NCBI GenBank assembly: GCA_965285935.1
Contig: OZ260661.1
Span: 61,876,001-61,940,000 of the forward strand
Direction of reading: 5' to 3'
Origin: Ophelia neglecta
Lineage: Eukaryota
Length of the DNA stretch: 64,000 nucleotides
The position numbers and the translations under genes were made by a program. The notes beneath the pieces are model-generated. The model saw nothing but the letters and a program-made list of their open reading frames with translations. It was not told the DNA's origin and searched no databases. Of this stretch, positions 1 through 12,817 are shown piece by piece (within the stretch, counting starts at the first letter, position 1; the number at the start of each line of letters is the position of its first letter).

Positions 1-432
1 TTCACAAACTATAGACCCTACACAATAAATTGATAAAAAAAAGGAAAAGGACTTCGTAATATGTGATAATACTTGTCCCTTTCTTTGGTTGATTTCTAAA
101 ACTTCCTACTACCACTTTGTCATGTACTTAGACCATGTTTTTTTCACCTTTGCCGGTTGTGTAAACAAATTCCTCCTTTCCTTCCGCCTTAACGATGATA
201 ATTCAAATGACAGTTTCATAATAAATAAGAGGAACACCGCTAATGTACAGAATGAGATGTATGATTCATTTGGTTTCAGTCCAATTGTGATAATCGTTAG
301 TCCCTAAATTCACAATGAATTAATGAATGAATCTTTTATCACCAAGTTAGTATAATTTACAATCGTATATCATTATTACATTCAAAACACAAATATACAA
401 TATACAATAGCATTTTGTAAATAATAATAAAT

Positions 433-3400
433 ATGGTGAGTATACTGACAATTAGTAAATGTTAAGAGACAGAGTGAAATACACACGTGCTTATATGCCA
501 CACATTTAGTCAGATAATAAACCAAGCATGGTGCAAAAGGAGCAAAAGTAACTCAATGATTAATTGTAGTTAATTTACAAAATAATAATGCTTAATGACT
601 CATGAAACATTCAGTGTCATCAGGGTGCATTCCGGAAGGCATGGCTTTTTTAATGAAATTCATCACTGTCCAGGAAAAGAGCAAATCACACACGTATACA
701 AGGCGCTGAAAGAACCACCAGCGAGCTCGTACAATATGGAAATGAAAAAGTCGGTAAATGCCCAGCACATATTACAGGCTTTAGGATAGCATAGCTGGCA
801 GCTTGTTGATCTCGGTGAGAGATCATATTCCAGTACACACTTTAATAGTATGAGGAGGAAGGGTGGGATTTGTATGTTTTGACACGGCATTGGTAATGCT
901 TTTTAAACGATGCAACGGTATATATATATATATTTAATCAGATGTCTTTTTTTATACTTCATAGGTGAAAATAATAAAAGATGGCGTGGGCCATACCAGA
1001 GATGGCCAAGAAGTTTTCAGGTGAATAGATACGTACTTCAGATTACATGTCGCCTGAAAACCTGTCTCTCTTTTATCAAATTCGGTATTTGTAAACCTAA
1101 TTGTCATATTATACAGCGAACACATGTCTTTCTAGATACACATTTAGAAATGAGAACGATTTGGAGCTGCAGATATTGACCTACGGCGGCATAATTTCCT
1201 CAATAAAGGTACCTGATAAAGACGGTAAATTTGTCGATGTTGTTTTGGGATACGACTCTCTTCTAGGTGAGCAAATTATAAAAACTTTATTTTCCAATTC
1301 AGTATTTTCCATCTTGCTATTTCAAACGGTCGCATGTGTAATACGGTGAAACCTGTCTATGTAGTCACCAGTGTTATAAGGTCACTTGCCAAATAAGGTC
1401 ACTAAATAACAATCCGGTCTCATTTGAACCTTTGTCAATTGACCTGTTTATTAATGCCACCTACATAATGTGGTAAGTTTTTCCAACAACCCTTTAAGGA
1501 GGAGTTGATTTCGTGGCGCTGGTGTTTCCTTCTACTGTGTCTACACGACAACGATAGGTTACTGCAGCATATTTGTTTGGGAATTTGCTTCTAACTATTA
1601 TTTATTTACTCTTCCATAAACCTTAATACATACAACTTGAATCATATATTAAACTAAGATACGACGAAACTTCAAGGCTGTTTGCCCAATGTACCATTTT
1701 GCCCCATGTCTCGTTTTGCTCGCTCAGTGCATAGGAGAATTGACGAGGAGCGGTAGATTCGTGCAGTCGAATCAACGGGGCGCGACATCACCAATATATT
1801 TGCATGGTCATATAGTGTGGCTTGAGACAATGAGCAGTAGATTCGAGACAATGAGCAGTAGATTCGTGCTTCCGAATCTACTGCCCTCTGAATAGAGAGA
1901 CGTCACAAGAATATTTTAATTCCTTATAAAACATGGTCTGTGAGTCTATTGAGTAAACTGTATCTTTGTTAGAATATGAAGAGAACCATAACTATTTTGG
2001 AGCGATAATCGGCAGAGTGGCAAACCGAATTGCCAATGCTACATTTACTCTTGATGGTAAAACGTACAAGTTAAACGCCAACAATGGAAATCATGCGCTC
2101 CACGGGGGACCAAATGGCTGGGACACGGTAAATCTCATTTTATTACACTGTTGAAGAGATGTAAGACCAGTTTCCTCATTGTCATTGCAAATGGTATCAT
2201 GCAATGACAGCAGTTTCTGCTGAATTCGGCTTGATTCAATGAATACTTCCGGGTTAATGAGTTTAAAATTTCTGCCAGGTATCCACTCGCATTTTCCTTT
2301 TCCTCGGATAAGTGACTTATTCAATCATCGGCCTATCTCGGCTTATCAGAGGTGATCCTATGTATAAACTGGATTCAAATGTAGTTTAACCAAAATATCA
2401 ACGTCATCATTTTGCTTAGTTGTCTTTATCGGTATAACCTATATTGATTTCCCTCGTCCAGGTTGTTTGGAAGGATTACTTGGAATCCGACCACGTCCGC
2501 CTAACATATACAAGTCCCGATGGGGATGAGAACTATCCTGGTGATGTTGAAGTGATTGCAACTTTCCAATTGACAGACGACAATCAAGTGATCATCAACT
2601 ACACTGCCACGACCCGCGGCAAAGGCACCCCAATTAACCTCACCCATCACCCGTATTTCAATCTGGCAGGCGAGGTAAATAAACAAGTAAAACAATTTAA
2701 TAAACAGTAAACGGATATCGATGCTATTTTCTTCTGATCAGCCCGATAAAAAAGGGGTTGAAAAATCACACATATAGTTAGCATTATCGATGGGTACAGC
2801 AATAAAAAATTGAAATGTACTCTTTAGATGTCTCGCCATGTTGCTCTCACGATAATTTGAGGAATTAAAATATTGCTCCAAATCATTATTGGTCTTAGCC
2901 CCCGTATTCACGTCTAAGTAAAGTTCTATTTGCTTGACCTTTCGGCTTGTCAAGCATCTTTTTCGACGCCTTCTAGGGATCGGGAGCGGTTTACAACCAT
3001 GAGTTTGTCATTAACGCCGACAGATACACTCCAACCAACGAGGAGCTGATTCCAACTGGTATATTTGTACGCTTTGGATATCTTTAAGTCCATGTGATCA
3101 TCGCCTCATTACCGCTGGATTAACCATAATGTTCTATTTTAATAACTGTTCTTCTTTCATCAAACGTACACTATGCCCTTATCATATAACACAGTATTTT
3201 GAGGTAATCAGTCTTAACTTCTCTTTTGAAAAACCTATCAAGGAAAAATGCCAGAGGTGACTGACACCCCATTTGATTTACGGCGTCCAACGAAATTAGG
3301 GGACGTGGTGGATAAGATAAACAGTAACATCACCAATGGTCCAGGGTTCGACACAAACTTCTGCATAAACGGTCCAACCGGTAAACGATATGCCGCAAGG

Positions 3401-4183
3401 TATGAAGCAACCACCTGCTTTTATCACTCACGGTTTTCGAATACGGATCGTGTATTTGAGAACTTTTTAAGCTTAGTTGAACGCGTCATCACTTTTTAAG
3501 CTTACTTGAAAGCGTCATCACTTAATAAACTTACACCTGCCTTTATTTTAATCAGCGTTGAACACAGTACGCCATTTTTGTTTTAGAGGGCTTGTTTCAC
3601 TCTGAATACAGCTCAAGCTCTTTGGTATACATATGCTACACTAATTGTAAAAGTATGGCGTTTTCCTGTATATTGTCATTGCAGAATTAGAGACCCTTTG
3701 AGTCATAGAGTGATGGAAATTTACACCAACCAGCCAGGGTTACAGTTCTATGTCGGTAATCATTTGAATGTTAGTGATGCCAAAAACGGCCACATGTACC
3801 AGAAACATTCAGGATTTGCCATGGAAACCCAAAACTATCCAGATGCAATCAACCAGGTGGGTCTTAATATATGGATGTAGTTACTACATCCATGGTCGTA
3901 ATATTTCTGCTAATTTTTTTATGTTTCTTTGAATCACATGGCTATTAAATACATGGCCGAACATGTTATAATTTAATGCCCATGAATGGCGCGCGCATAC
4001 AAACATATAGACTAACAATTACGCCTATAAATTTCTGTATTGTTATTTATATTGGATGCCTAAATATTCAAAATAATCAAATGCCTAATTTTTTCGCAGC
4101 CAAATTTCCCAGATTCGGTGCTAAGGCCTGGATCAATATATCGACATCAGATTTGGCTGAGGTTTTCCACCAGTGCCGTGTGA
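433..4183 (+). CDS. GALM: Galactose mutarotase / aldose 1-epimerase (~350 aa, 9 coding exons)
   Basis: Exons 433-435 (ATG only, inferred), 965-1020, 1136-1266, 1973-2127, 2462-2674, 2977-3058, 3243-3399, 3685-3856, 4100-4183 join in frame (1053 nt) with GT-AG introns. Motifs [63 protein letters not shown]. Confidence 0.95.
1343..1480 (+). mobile_element. Degenerate pogo/Tigger-like MITE remnant
   Basis: Begins TA-CGGTGAAACCTGTC, similar to the CAGTGAAACCTG ends of the MITEs at 35131 and 44332. The right end is not clear. Confidence 0.35.
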
Positions 4184-5479
4184 TATTTCATAGACGACTT
4201 GGTAGTCCTGAATGATGATTGGCACTTTGAGCTACATTTGGATCATACTAGACTTGTATATTAGGAAGGAAATAGAAATACATATCAATTCACGTACCTC
4301 AATGATGATTTTTATGTCACAACTCCCAGATATTCTTACATTTATCTTACTTTGATTGCAGCTTGGGCTGTATAAGAAAATGCACCTTCAGGAGTTCAAA
4401 CTTTTAGGATATATTACACAACTCTCGAGGAACTAATTGACCTAAATCACTGTATGTGTGCCAGATTCTAACGCAAGTTGAAGCCATTCAGTAGGCCTAC
4501 ACAAGTGACTTGTGTATATTAAAACGACATTCTAAGTTTAATTCATCATGACCACCTGGAATTTAAGTATTTTGCTTAGCATTCGAACCCTTCTGCTCAT
4601 GTTATCACTCGTATGCACTCGTATTAGAAGTCAATGTGCCAGTGTTATCATACAATGTAAAGCCAATAATGAATAAAGCTTTATGTAGGCCTGAGCACAA
4701 GCCCAGCATATCTAAACACAATCGTGCCCACGTGTACTCACTGAAACCCTCGCGTACATCAGTTCGACGACTTGGGCAGCCTCATACAAGCTGCTCTCTC
4801 TACAAAGGCCGGTGGTTTGCAACCAGATTGCCCGGATTATAGACGTTTATATGGCGCATTACTCAAAATCAATTAAGCTTTGTAAGGTGCCTTACTGGAT
4901 CGCTTGCATTATGTAAAGCGATCGCTTGCATGATGAATAGCTATAAATTAAAAGCTATAGTATATAGTCAAATTATTGAGCCAATAAGCTGGCCTATATG
5001 TGCAAATTGAGCATTTAAATTGTAAAAATTTGAATTAATTCATATATTATAATAAAGGAATGTTTAAAGTCATTATGACTCGTGTCTGTAGGTTTCTCCT
5101 AACAATTTTTCACTTTTTTAATCACTTAAGAGAAGACAACGTCGGACAACCGTTGGTAAGATATTCCATTACCCTGTTGACTTCGCCTTGAAGTTTTCTC
5201 CTCTGTCTATTTCCTCTATTCCTTGGTACCACCAGCAGCGACTGGCTCTCTGATCAGAGCTACTGTGTAGGGTGGTAACGTTATTCTTTGATCAGGTCTG
5301 ATTAGTACCAAATCATTCAACAACTTGTAACTATATTAAAGCATCTGAGGGTAACAGGAAATATTTATAGCAGTAAGGGCAAAAGTGTATAAATTTAAAC
5401 ATATCTGCATGATGCAAATCTCTATTATCACACACCATTCTACTGACCAATGATATAAGTCATATTCACAAAGTGCACA

Positions 5480-6230
5480 AGAAAACTTCACTGAATGGGA
5501 ACTTTGAGCAGAGGTGCATAATCAGCGGGGTGCCTCAGGGATTCATTCTCGGCCCTGTGTTATTCTTCTCTTTGCAAAGGACATTCCTTTGGCCATCAAG
5601 TACGAAACTTTTCGCCGACGACACTACGATGTGTCGAAAGACTTATAGTTATCAGGAATGTTTACGAATCACTACAAGTAGTCCCAGTTCTCTATCTGCT
5701 TAATTCAAATCCTTGCTTCTGCACTTTAATTTTTCTAAATGTTCTGTTTAACGCATAGGAAATAAAACAATTAAGATACAACAATAGACCGGGGCATGAA
5801 GATTGTGATTCTCAGATGAACGTCGGTGTTATTTGCTCAGCAGATCTCTCACCATCAAGGCATACAACATCATCGCTCATCAGAAAAAGCAGGTGCTTTG
5901 CTAATCTAACTCGGCCCTAACTTTAAACATTGTAATTCCTTATTCATCAGACCGGTGTTAGAATACGCATCATACACCTGGAATCCGTGGCTATAAAAGA
6001 TAAACATTAACAGGAACCTACAAAGACGTGGCTTCAGGCTCAGCTAGTGACCCGTACGTTGAATTGCAATCTCATGAAGGGAAAAAGTTAACTTGGTGTG
6101 GACTTGAAAGTTATTAGGCGGATTCTGCAAAACAGATTCCAGTGATGTTTTCTCTACTCTACATCGAAACCTTAGAGGTCATGCCAGATAATTTTTAAAA
6201 CCAAGGTGCCATACCGAGGCGATTTATTGT
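5480..6230 (+). mobile_element. Decayed non-LTR retrotransposon (CR1/L2-like LINE) reverse transcriptase fragment
   Basis: Frameshifted RT motifs SGVPQGFILGPVLF, KLFADDT, FNFSKC and IRPVLEYASYTWNPW, with stops and frameshifts. Confidence 0.85.
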
Positions 6231-6524
6231 CATTTATCTATTCATCGATCGGTGGGATTCCTAGGCCTATATACTCTGCAAGCCTACTTTTACGGCTGCC
6301 ACAGCTGGATGGACGAGAGTGCAACCAAAGGGTGAAGTGCAAAAAAACTTCCAACTTTCAAATGAATATTTCTAGTCTGAGCAAAACGAATTTACCACGT
6401 GAATATTTGTCACCATAGCCTTCCATGGCAACCACTTTGTTTGAAGTTGAAGCGTGAAATGATGTCAGGTCCGTTATATTCTGCCGTTGTTGCTGGATAA
6501 CATGCTGATGTGCAATCTACCAGG

Positions 6525-8930
6525 ATGTCCTCAAAAAGTCAAGAAACTGGAGCAGATTCATCAAATGGAGGAAACTTCCAACAAGGCCAACTGCTTATCA
6601 ACGGGAATGAAAATAACAAGGCAAGACTAGATCTATATTGGTCAAAGTATTTCATCAATGCGCTATGCGTCAAGCCAATCGGCCTATGCAACGTGACTTG
6701 TCCTAAATGTGTTTACTTTTGCATAGAGAAATAAAAGAAAATGATTTAGGCCATGGCAACATCCAAATTTTGTCTTGAATCACTTCCAGGCTATCGCAAT
6801 TAAAACTTCTAAAAAAAAGGTTAGCCATATGCCATTAAGTTAATAGAAGGGTTATACATATGAATATACAAGAGAACCAGGCGTTGAGTTCGGCATGTCT
6901 AACTGGGAGAAGGATGGATATATTTCTACTCTTAGATATAAGTATGCTCGTTAAAGACGATAGGCTAATCTGGTTTTCGTTGTCAGAGTTTAAATTTCAA
7001 ACTTTCACGCTTTTACAGGAGAATAGAAGCATCCCAACCACAGGACTATCCACCTCCATCTCCAATCATATTTACTCAACCATATCTTCGGACTCCTCGG
7101 AATTCTGTCCAGTTGAAAATGTATCATCTCTATGGGTCGATGACTCGAATTCCGATGATCGGCAAATGTCGCCCTTGTGTGCGGACACTCCGTCCAATTC
7201 CATGACAATAAGAATAGCAGAGTGCACTAGGCTGGTTAGCCCTCATACGACAAGATCCACCCCAGATGTTGTCTACCACCATGGCGCAATTGAACCTTGT
7301 ATCTCGGAAGTAGCTGTTGAAGATATGGAAATCAACCCAACAGAGGTGCGCATCTGTAACTCTAACGAAACCACGTCATCAACCAATTCCATTATCTGCA
7401 GAATTTGTCAACTGAACGAGAAAGAATCGGGTAGGTTATGAGACACAAAATGTTCCTCACAAAAATGCGCACCTTTATTTGATTGAGATCTCAATTGAGT
7501 ATATGTGCTACAATTACTTATGAATTGCCGTATAGTGACTTATCATTATTTACCAGTGCCATAACATAATATGCGGGAGGGGATGGGGGGGGGGCATTAT
7601 TTGTCCCCTATATGGCATCCTGATATAAGTAGGCCTACCTGTGGCGGGATTTGGATTGGGAATTCTTGTTAGAGGTTCCGAATATTTGGCTAAACATTTA
7701 TTCCGGGGGTTGATCAGCAGTGCACTTCGTAGTATTGATTAGTTTCTGATCTCAGCGGCCTGGAAAACCGGTAGGGTTTTAAGTTTAAATCTGTATGTCT
7801 AATATGGCCGCCATTTCAAATTCTGTTTGCCATCCTCTCTTTCTTGGAAGTCTTCATGATGTCCTAGCTTGAACGCTGACCGTCGGCGAAAATTGTCTGA
7901 AGCTTAGAAAAAGAAAGAAACGTTCTTTCCTTCTACTGAGTAGCATTTCTACTATATTTCCTATTCCATATATCTTCAGAAACTGCATGCTTTGGACTGC
8001 ACATAGGACTTATGTTAAATGCTTATCCCGGTAATTTCATCTGCTTGCAGGCGAGCCTTTAGAAGACACAGGTTGTGAGTGCCGCGGGACGATGGGACAT
8101 TGTCATTTTAAATGCATGGAGGAGTGGACTCGACGTCGTAGAACCAACATGTGTGAACTCTGCGAAAAACCAACAAAATATGAGACGCCGCCCCCGGATG
8201 AAGAGGTATCCATTACTTATGATCAAGAAATTGGCATAAATGCGCATATGGAAGCCGCCCGAATGGTATGGCTAAGATGACTGTGTAATAAGTACCCGAA
8301 CCTGAAGTTTTATAATCATCTCGATGAAACCGACAGCAGTATATGTCAACTTTCCATCAGCGGCTGTAACTCTTTTCTTTCACGTTCGTAATATGTTAAA
8401 AATATGCCAAGTCGTAAATTAACCAAACGAAACATGTGTACTATCATAAATATACACCATGTTCTTAAAAACAATGATAAATAGCAAAGTTCACTGAATG
8501 TTAAGTGAGTTTGATATTTAAGCAAGGATTTGTGACTTTTTTGTAGATCATGTATCCCCGTATGTGCAACAACAATAGGAGGGTATGGTTCAGTTTGATA
8601 TTCAGCTTGTTGCTGTTTTGCACGTTTGCTTCTGGGGCGCTTATCGTCTACGTGAAAGATGACTACTCGTCTGCCATGAAGGATTCGCTGGAAGCGGGCT
8701 ACTCTGACCTCCCCGATGAGCTTAGAGAGCACTATCACCTCGCCTTTTCCCTGAGCCTTTCCTTCGTAGTCTTCTGTGCCACGATGACCATTGGATTTGT
8801 GGGAATCTGGCTCGTAGCAGAGGTTTATCTCTGGCCCCACGAGTCTAGAATTCAACAACAGTTGGAGGGTTTTACGTCGGTCGACATAGATCAATCCGCA
8901 GAAGGACTTGAGCTGGAGACCGTTACATAA
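6525..8930 (+). CDS. Membrane-associated RING-CH (MARCH-like) E3 ubiquitin ligase, ~348 aa
   Basis: Exons 6525-6620 (GC donor AAG|gcaaga, least certain), 7019-7430, 8051-8205, 8547-8930 (1047 nt, in frame). C4HC3 RINGv CRIC...CECRGTMGHCHFKCMEEW...CELC followed by two hydrophobic TM helices. Ser/Thr-rich N-terminus. Confidence 0.85.
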
Positions 8931-9549
8931 TGAAATATAATTATTAAATTTATTCAACCAGTAAATCTACAGCATAAAAAAATGAAGGAACAAATGAACA
9001 TTAGAGTCTTGTTCACTTTCTAGGAAACTTAATTTGTAGCTGATTTACATGGTGGAAAATAATAAGACTAAAAGTATATATATATATGTGCGTGTATGTA
9101 TGTATATATGTATATATATAGACATATATATAGGAAGTTACTTTGTTAATGAAGGTAATAAACTGATTTAAGCAGCTAGTTGGCCTATAGAACAGTCGAA
9201 GTGTTTATATAAACTGAACCGTGCTTACTTATCTAGATTACTCCTTGAGTCTTATAAGACAACACATTCTAAACTGAGTGTGTGCCAATTATTATTTAAT
9301 GAGGGAGATAGAGGAAAAATAGCTATATGGCAATCAGTAACTTCTCCAACTTTTAATCTTGTTTGAACACTTACAGAACTAAAATGTGTACAAATTCACC
9401 ATACAAGAAATAACAAAAAATCGAACAAAGAAATAATTTTTTTAGATTGGAAAAATCTTCATTTACAATGTTCACCAGAATATCGTTTGCTCACTCAGTT
9501 GAAATTTGACACTAAACTTGAGGGAAAAACTTAAAGAGAACAAACTTAC

Positions 9550-11420
9550 ACAAGTATCTTTAAAAATAGGTGAATGTGGTTGAATGGGGGTGCCGTTTAT
9601 CAGAAAAAGAGGCGTCCTATTGGAATTAGGTTTCGAGCTAATTGCCTGCTGTTGCTTCTGGGTGAACGAGGGTGAATGTGGGTGAATGGGATGCCGCATG
9701 GCAGAAGAATCAATCTACAACTAGGCCAACGCTGTCGGGGGGCCGACAGCAAGGGGGTATATCCGCGAATGCGTGCAATAATCGAATGGGGAACATGGTA
9801 TAAGGCGAGGTAGTGAATATGGTAGTTTTTTAGTTGGCACAAAATATAACGACCTTAACTAAACTTTGTTCAGGTCATTAATAAAGGTAAACTAGTTAAC
9901 TTATTACCCAGTACTAGTTCACTTATTACACAGATTGTAGTAGGTTCTATTTGACCTCAATAATAATGCAGGTCATTCTTAAAGTTGGTGTCAGATGACC
10001 TCCATAATAATGCAAAACGACCCTAACTAATTTTTTTTCAGGTCATTAATAAAGTGAACTAGTGAACTTATTAGTAGGTTCCATAAGATCTCAATAATAA
10101 TGCAAAATGACCTTAACTAAATTTTTTTCAGGTCATTAATAAAGTTAACTAGTTAACTTATTACACACATTGTAGTAGGTTCCATATGACCTCCATAATA
10201 ATGAAAAACTGCCTTAACTAATTTGTTTTCAGGTCATTAATAAAGTTAACTAGTTAACTTATTACACAGTACTGGTTAACTTTTTACACAGATTGTAGTA
10301 GCTTCTATATAACCTCAATAATAAGGCAGGTCATTAATAAAGTTGGTTCCATATGACCTTAAGAATAATGCAAAACCACCTTAACTAATTTTTTTTTCAG
10401 GTCATTAATAAAGTTACCTAGTTAACTTATTACCCAGATTGTATATAGTTATTACATAAATCATGACACAAAACTTTAAGCCAATATCATCTATACTTGG
10501 GAATATATGATAGAAAATGTGTTTTTGACATAATTAATTTATTATTTTAACTAATTAATAATTATCAGAAATTCACCAGAATAAATACAGGTCTTCCTCT
10601 CAATAAGGTCTATGGCTGTGTCAAATTAGAAAAAGATATATCAAATATTTTATTGTGTTATTGCAGAAAATGCGTTTCTGACGTAATTAATTAATTGTTT
10701 TAACTAATTAATAATTATTGGATTTTAACCAGAATCTAATCAGTTCCTCCTTTCAATAAGGTCTATGGCTGTGTTGAATTTGAAAAAGATGTACGAAATG
10801 GTTTTTGAGTTATCGCGTTAACGACTAAAATCTGCGGCGGCGGCGGCGCTACTGAAAACATAATATCCGCATTTCGCGGATATAATTATAGGGTGATGCT
10901 TGTTGCTGCTGGGTGAACAGTGGTGAATAGGATTGCTGTTTAGAAATGGATGGTGTGGTCTCGCAGGTTTAATGTATTTTTGATGCTGAGTGATCCTAGG
11001 TGTTCTAGGCTAAACGTGGATGAATGTGATACCGTTTATACGGAAAAGGCCTCCGAATCGAATAATAATTCGAATTATTTGCCTGCGGTTGTTTCTGGTT
11101 GAATGTCGGTAAACGTGGGTGAATGGCAAGCCGCCTTTCAAATTATCAATGTAGAACCAGCAACTTGATGCTCTCTTTAATATAGGGTGATGAATGTTGC
11201 TGTTGGGTGAATGGTGGTGAATATATGTTTCGTGGTTGGAAAATTCTTATATAGATTTGCAGGTTTAAAGCTTAATTGAGACTAGGGGCTCTGGCTGGCC
11301 ATGTGGGTGAATGGGGCTCCAATTGTCATTAACATGCGCTTATTTTGTATAGATAAATTTACTCTTTTGTTTGTAGTTGCTTCTGGGTGAACGTTGCTGA
11401 ATGGGATTCACGTTAGAAAT
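9550..11420. repeat. Old degenerate repeat carrying the recurrent GGGTGAATG motif, split by a younger insertion
   Basis: GGGTGAATG/CTGGGTGAAC motifs recur at about 9570-9690 and again at about 10890-11400, on both sides of the 9840-10887 element. Confidence 0.55.
9840..10887 (+). mobile_element. Non-autonomous Helentron/HINE (DINE-1/Pearl-like) element with internal tandem arrays
   Basis: About 5 copies of a GACCTTAACTAA...CAGGTCATTAATAAAGTTAACTAGTTAACTT unit (9849-10440), two copies of a ~150-bp second unit (10510-10815), a (GGC)n microsatellite and a 3' hairpin ATATCCGC-atttc-GCGGATAT (10863-10883). Confidence 0.6.
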
Positions 11421-12817
11421 TTGTGAAGTGGTTTAATAATGGTTCAGTCTCAGTTGTAATGCAATGAATGAATTATAAACTAAGTCATGCTAACTTTTGC
11501 TTTTCACTACACCACTAAACCCTTTATTGAGACCTGTTGCATTTGATCACACTAAACCACATATCGTTATTCATTAACTCTTTCACAGTCAAAATGTTAT
11601 CCCAGCTACATTTCCATATGTGGCAATTTATTTCATTTAGACCTATCTATACAACTTTTTTCAAAATAGAATTAAATTACTCATGGGTATCTGTATTAAA
11701 CTTTCAGTATTGAACATTCCATGTGTAATGTGTTTCATTACCTACGGAATATTCTGGCAGTTGACATTGGCAGCAAAAGAGTAATGTCAAAAAGTCAACA
11801 TCGACAGTTAGAGTTAATATTAATATGAAAGTCATAAATATATGTTATTGAATTTGTGTGATGGAGTACCATTATTCAATTTTAACTTTAAATTGTTCCT
11901 ATAAAAATTAAAGAAATTCAGGTGAAAGCTTACCTGTTCAAATAAGTAAGTAAAATTATTACTATGGCAACTCAATATTGTCGGATTTCACCCAAAAGTT
12001 AATCAGCCCATGTCCACCTCTAGAAGTCTCATCCTTGTCAATTTCAGCTTTGCACCTTACCGGTATAAAGTACTTTTACAATCTTTTATGAAGTATTTAA
12101 TGAAAGTAGTATAGGTAGTAGTATCGTTAATACTATTTGAAAAATATTTGCCTGGCCTAAACACCCTAGGTGTGCAATGCAAGGTCTGAGGCTCAAGGGG
12201 TGGGAAAGTTATAGCCATTTGAAAATGTGTTGGCAGAGAAGATGGCAGATGAGGCCCAATACACATCCCCCCCCCCCAAATTTGTTCTCCAAAAAGGTGG
12301 GAAAGGGGGGGGGAGGGAGGTAGTGGGCAACAAAGTATCCATACTACTGGCAGAAACCAGCAGGGCCGTCTAGTCTCTATTGATCGCCAATCCAATGGCT
12401 TCATAATGGGCCACAAACTGAAGTTACAATGTATTTAATAATGTATGTAGCTCCTGGCTAGTGACCATTATTTAAGCCATTCATAGCTGGTAGCTTCTTT
12501 TGTTCAGGGCAGCTAGTCTTTAATCACATTAAGATAATTTTTAATTTTTAATCTCTATATTTATTTCAAATGATCATTTTAAGTGGTGCATTTATACCAG
12601 ACAAAAAATCACCATAACATATATGACAACAGTTTATTGTCTTCTTCAGACAAATTGATATTTTACAAATCTCAAAACTGAAATATACTACTGGAACATT
12701 TCCCTTTGAGAATATACGACCATCTATTAACACAAAGAAACATTTAACACAATTGTCATTCAGCAAAGGCTGGGTGCTTGATCAGCAATATACAAAGACA
12801 ATGATACTATCAATTAG

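Noticed and set aside
5473-5703. 76-aa ORF as an independent gene
   Set aside because: Part of the frameshifted LINE RT remnant.
8346-8957. 203-aa minus-strand ORF
   Set aside because: Antisense shadow of the last MARCH exon, with no recognisable domain.
9849-10440. Repeat array superficially resembling a CRISPR array
   Set aside because: Eukaryotic context, the intervening segments are themselves repeated rather than unique spacers, and there are no cas genes.
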